From the human T2T-CHM13v2.0 reference genome, Homo sapiens, in assembly GCF_009914755.1 (NCBI RefSeq), contig NC_060927.1: 64,000 nt of DNA; one strand, written 5' to 3'. A model generated the notes under the pieces. The model was given only the letters and a program-made list of their open reading frames with translations, had not been told where the DNA came from and made no database searches. Shown one piece after another: positions 62,946 through 64,000 of the stretch. The position numbers were made by a program, and so were the translations under genes. Every line of letters starts with the position of its first letter. Position 1 is the first letter of the stretch.

Positions 62946-64000
62946 TAGGTACATAAAATATGAAAGTACATCAAATATAGATTATATACTGTAAATATAA
63001 TATCAATGTACCCCAAATATATATTTTATACTCTACATGAAATATCAAAGTTCACAAACTATATATTATATACTGTACATAAAATATCAAAGTACCCAAG
63101 GTATATATTCTATACTGAACAAAAAATATCAAAGTACCCAAAGCATGTATTATATACTGTACATAAAATATGAAAGTACATCAAATATATATTTTATTCT
63201 GTACATAAAATATCAAAGTACACCAGATATATATTCTATAGTGTACATAAAATATCAAAGTACCCAAACTATACATTATATACTGTACATAAAATATGAA
63301 ATTACATCAAATATATATTATATTAGGTACATGAAATATGAAAGTACATCAAATATAGATTATATACTGTACATAAAATTTGAAAGTACCCCAAATATAT
63401 ATTATATACTCTACATGAAATATCAAAGTTCACAAACTATATATTATATACTGTACATAAAATATCAAAGTACCCAAGGTATATATTCTATACTGTACAA
63501 AAAATATCAAAGTATCCAAAGCATGTATTATATACTGTATATAAAATATGAAAGTACATCAAATATATATTTTATTCTGTACATAAAATATCAAAGTACA
63601 CCAGATATATATTCTATATTGTACATAAAATATCAAAGTACCCAAACTATACATTATATACTGTACATAAAATATGAAATTACAGCAAATATATATTATA
63701 TTAGGTACATAAAATATGAAAGTACATCAAATATAGATTATATACTGTACATTAAATACCAAAGTACCCCAAATATATATTTTATACTGTACATGAAATA
63801 TCAAAGTTCACAAACTATATATTATATACTGTACATAAAATATCAATGTACCCAAGGTATATATACTATACTGCACAAAAAATATCAAAGTACCCAAAGC
63901 ATGTATTATATACTGTATATAAAATATGAAAGTACATCAAATATATATTTTATTCTGTACATAAAATATCAAAGTACACCAGATATATATTCTATAGTGT

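Larger units (their letters stand above)
1..64000. repeat. HSat1A (SAR / satellite I) tandem satellite array: 42-bp monomer, 378-bp 9-mer higher-order repeat
   Basis: Seen: the monomer ~ACATAAAATAT(C/G)AAAGT-AC(C/A)(C/T)(A/C)AA..TATA.ATT.TATACTGT repeats every 42 bp with no unique sequence. Two GTAC (RsaI) sites per monomer give 17- and 25-bp subunits. Diagnostic ATGAAATATCAAAGTTCAC recurs every 378 bp (36, 414; 6190, 6568; 17144, 17522, 17900). Hand-counted consensus GC is 81/378 (~21%). Established knowledge: a 42-bp 17+25 RsaI unit, a 378-bp 9-mer and extreme AT richness are the hallmarks of HSat1A. Identified from memory, not by database search. Confidence 0.93.

Noticed and set aside
36-62948. 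About 120 plus-strand ORFs encoding Y/I/K-rich repeat proteins
   Set aside because: They are translations of the 42-bp satellite. Their ends are set by scattered indels and substitutions, and there is no unique domain or gene context.
1-64000. CRISPR-like array (conserved TGTACATAAAATATCAAAGT with variable intervals)
   Set aside because: The intervals are homologous to each other and cycle every nine units rather than being unique spacers, and there are no cas genes or leader.
1-64000. Antigenic-variation cassette or diversity-generating system
   Set aside because: There is no recombinase, reverse transcriptase or expression locus. The variation fits ordinary satellite turnover.
1-64000. 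Alpha satellite, HSat2/3 or HSat1B
   Set aside because: There is no 171-bp period or CENP-B box, no CATTC repeats, and no Alu-containing ~2.4-kb unit.
1-64000. Inversion or transposon insertion within the array
   Set aside because: Orientation stays constant and I saw no non-satellite sequence or poly(A) tail. A very short event could have been missed by eye.
1-64000. TATA-box-like motifs (tatataaaa, tatata)
   Set aside because: These are expected in every unit of a ~79% AT repeat, and nothing else supports promoter function.

Overview
The whole 64-kb window is one uninterrupted, single-orientation array of an AT-rich tandem satellite, about 21% GC by hand count of the consensus. The monomer is 42 bp, with two GTAC sites giving 17+25 bp subunits, and it is organised into a 9-monomer, 378-bp higher-order repeat (HOR). 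This matches human/great-ape satellite 1A (HSat1A, SAR, classical satellite I) of pericentromeric and acrocentric heterochromatin; chromosome and species cannot be fixed by eye. All listed ORFs are by-products of a 42-bp (14-codon) unit with one stop-free frame. I see no real genes, RNA genes, transposons, CRISPR arrays or inversions, and no new gene system. The interesting content is the array's recombination history. It includes a ~12.7/12.0-kb tandem duplication whose copies differ by exactly two HORs, a 7,855-bp tandem duplication with a short templated patch at its junction, several dispersed block copies, 6-, 8-, 13- and 14-monomer HOR variants, and a hidden 3-monomer substructure in the 9-mer.
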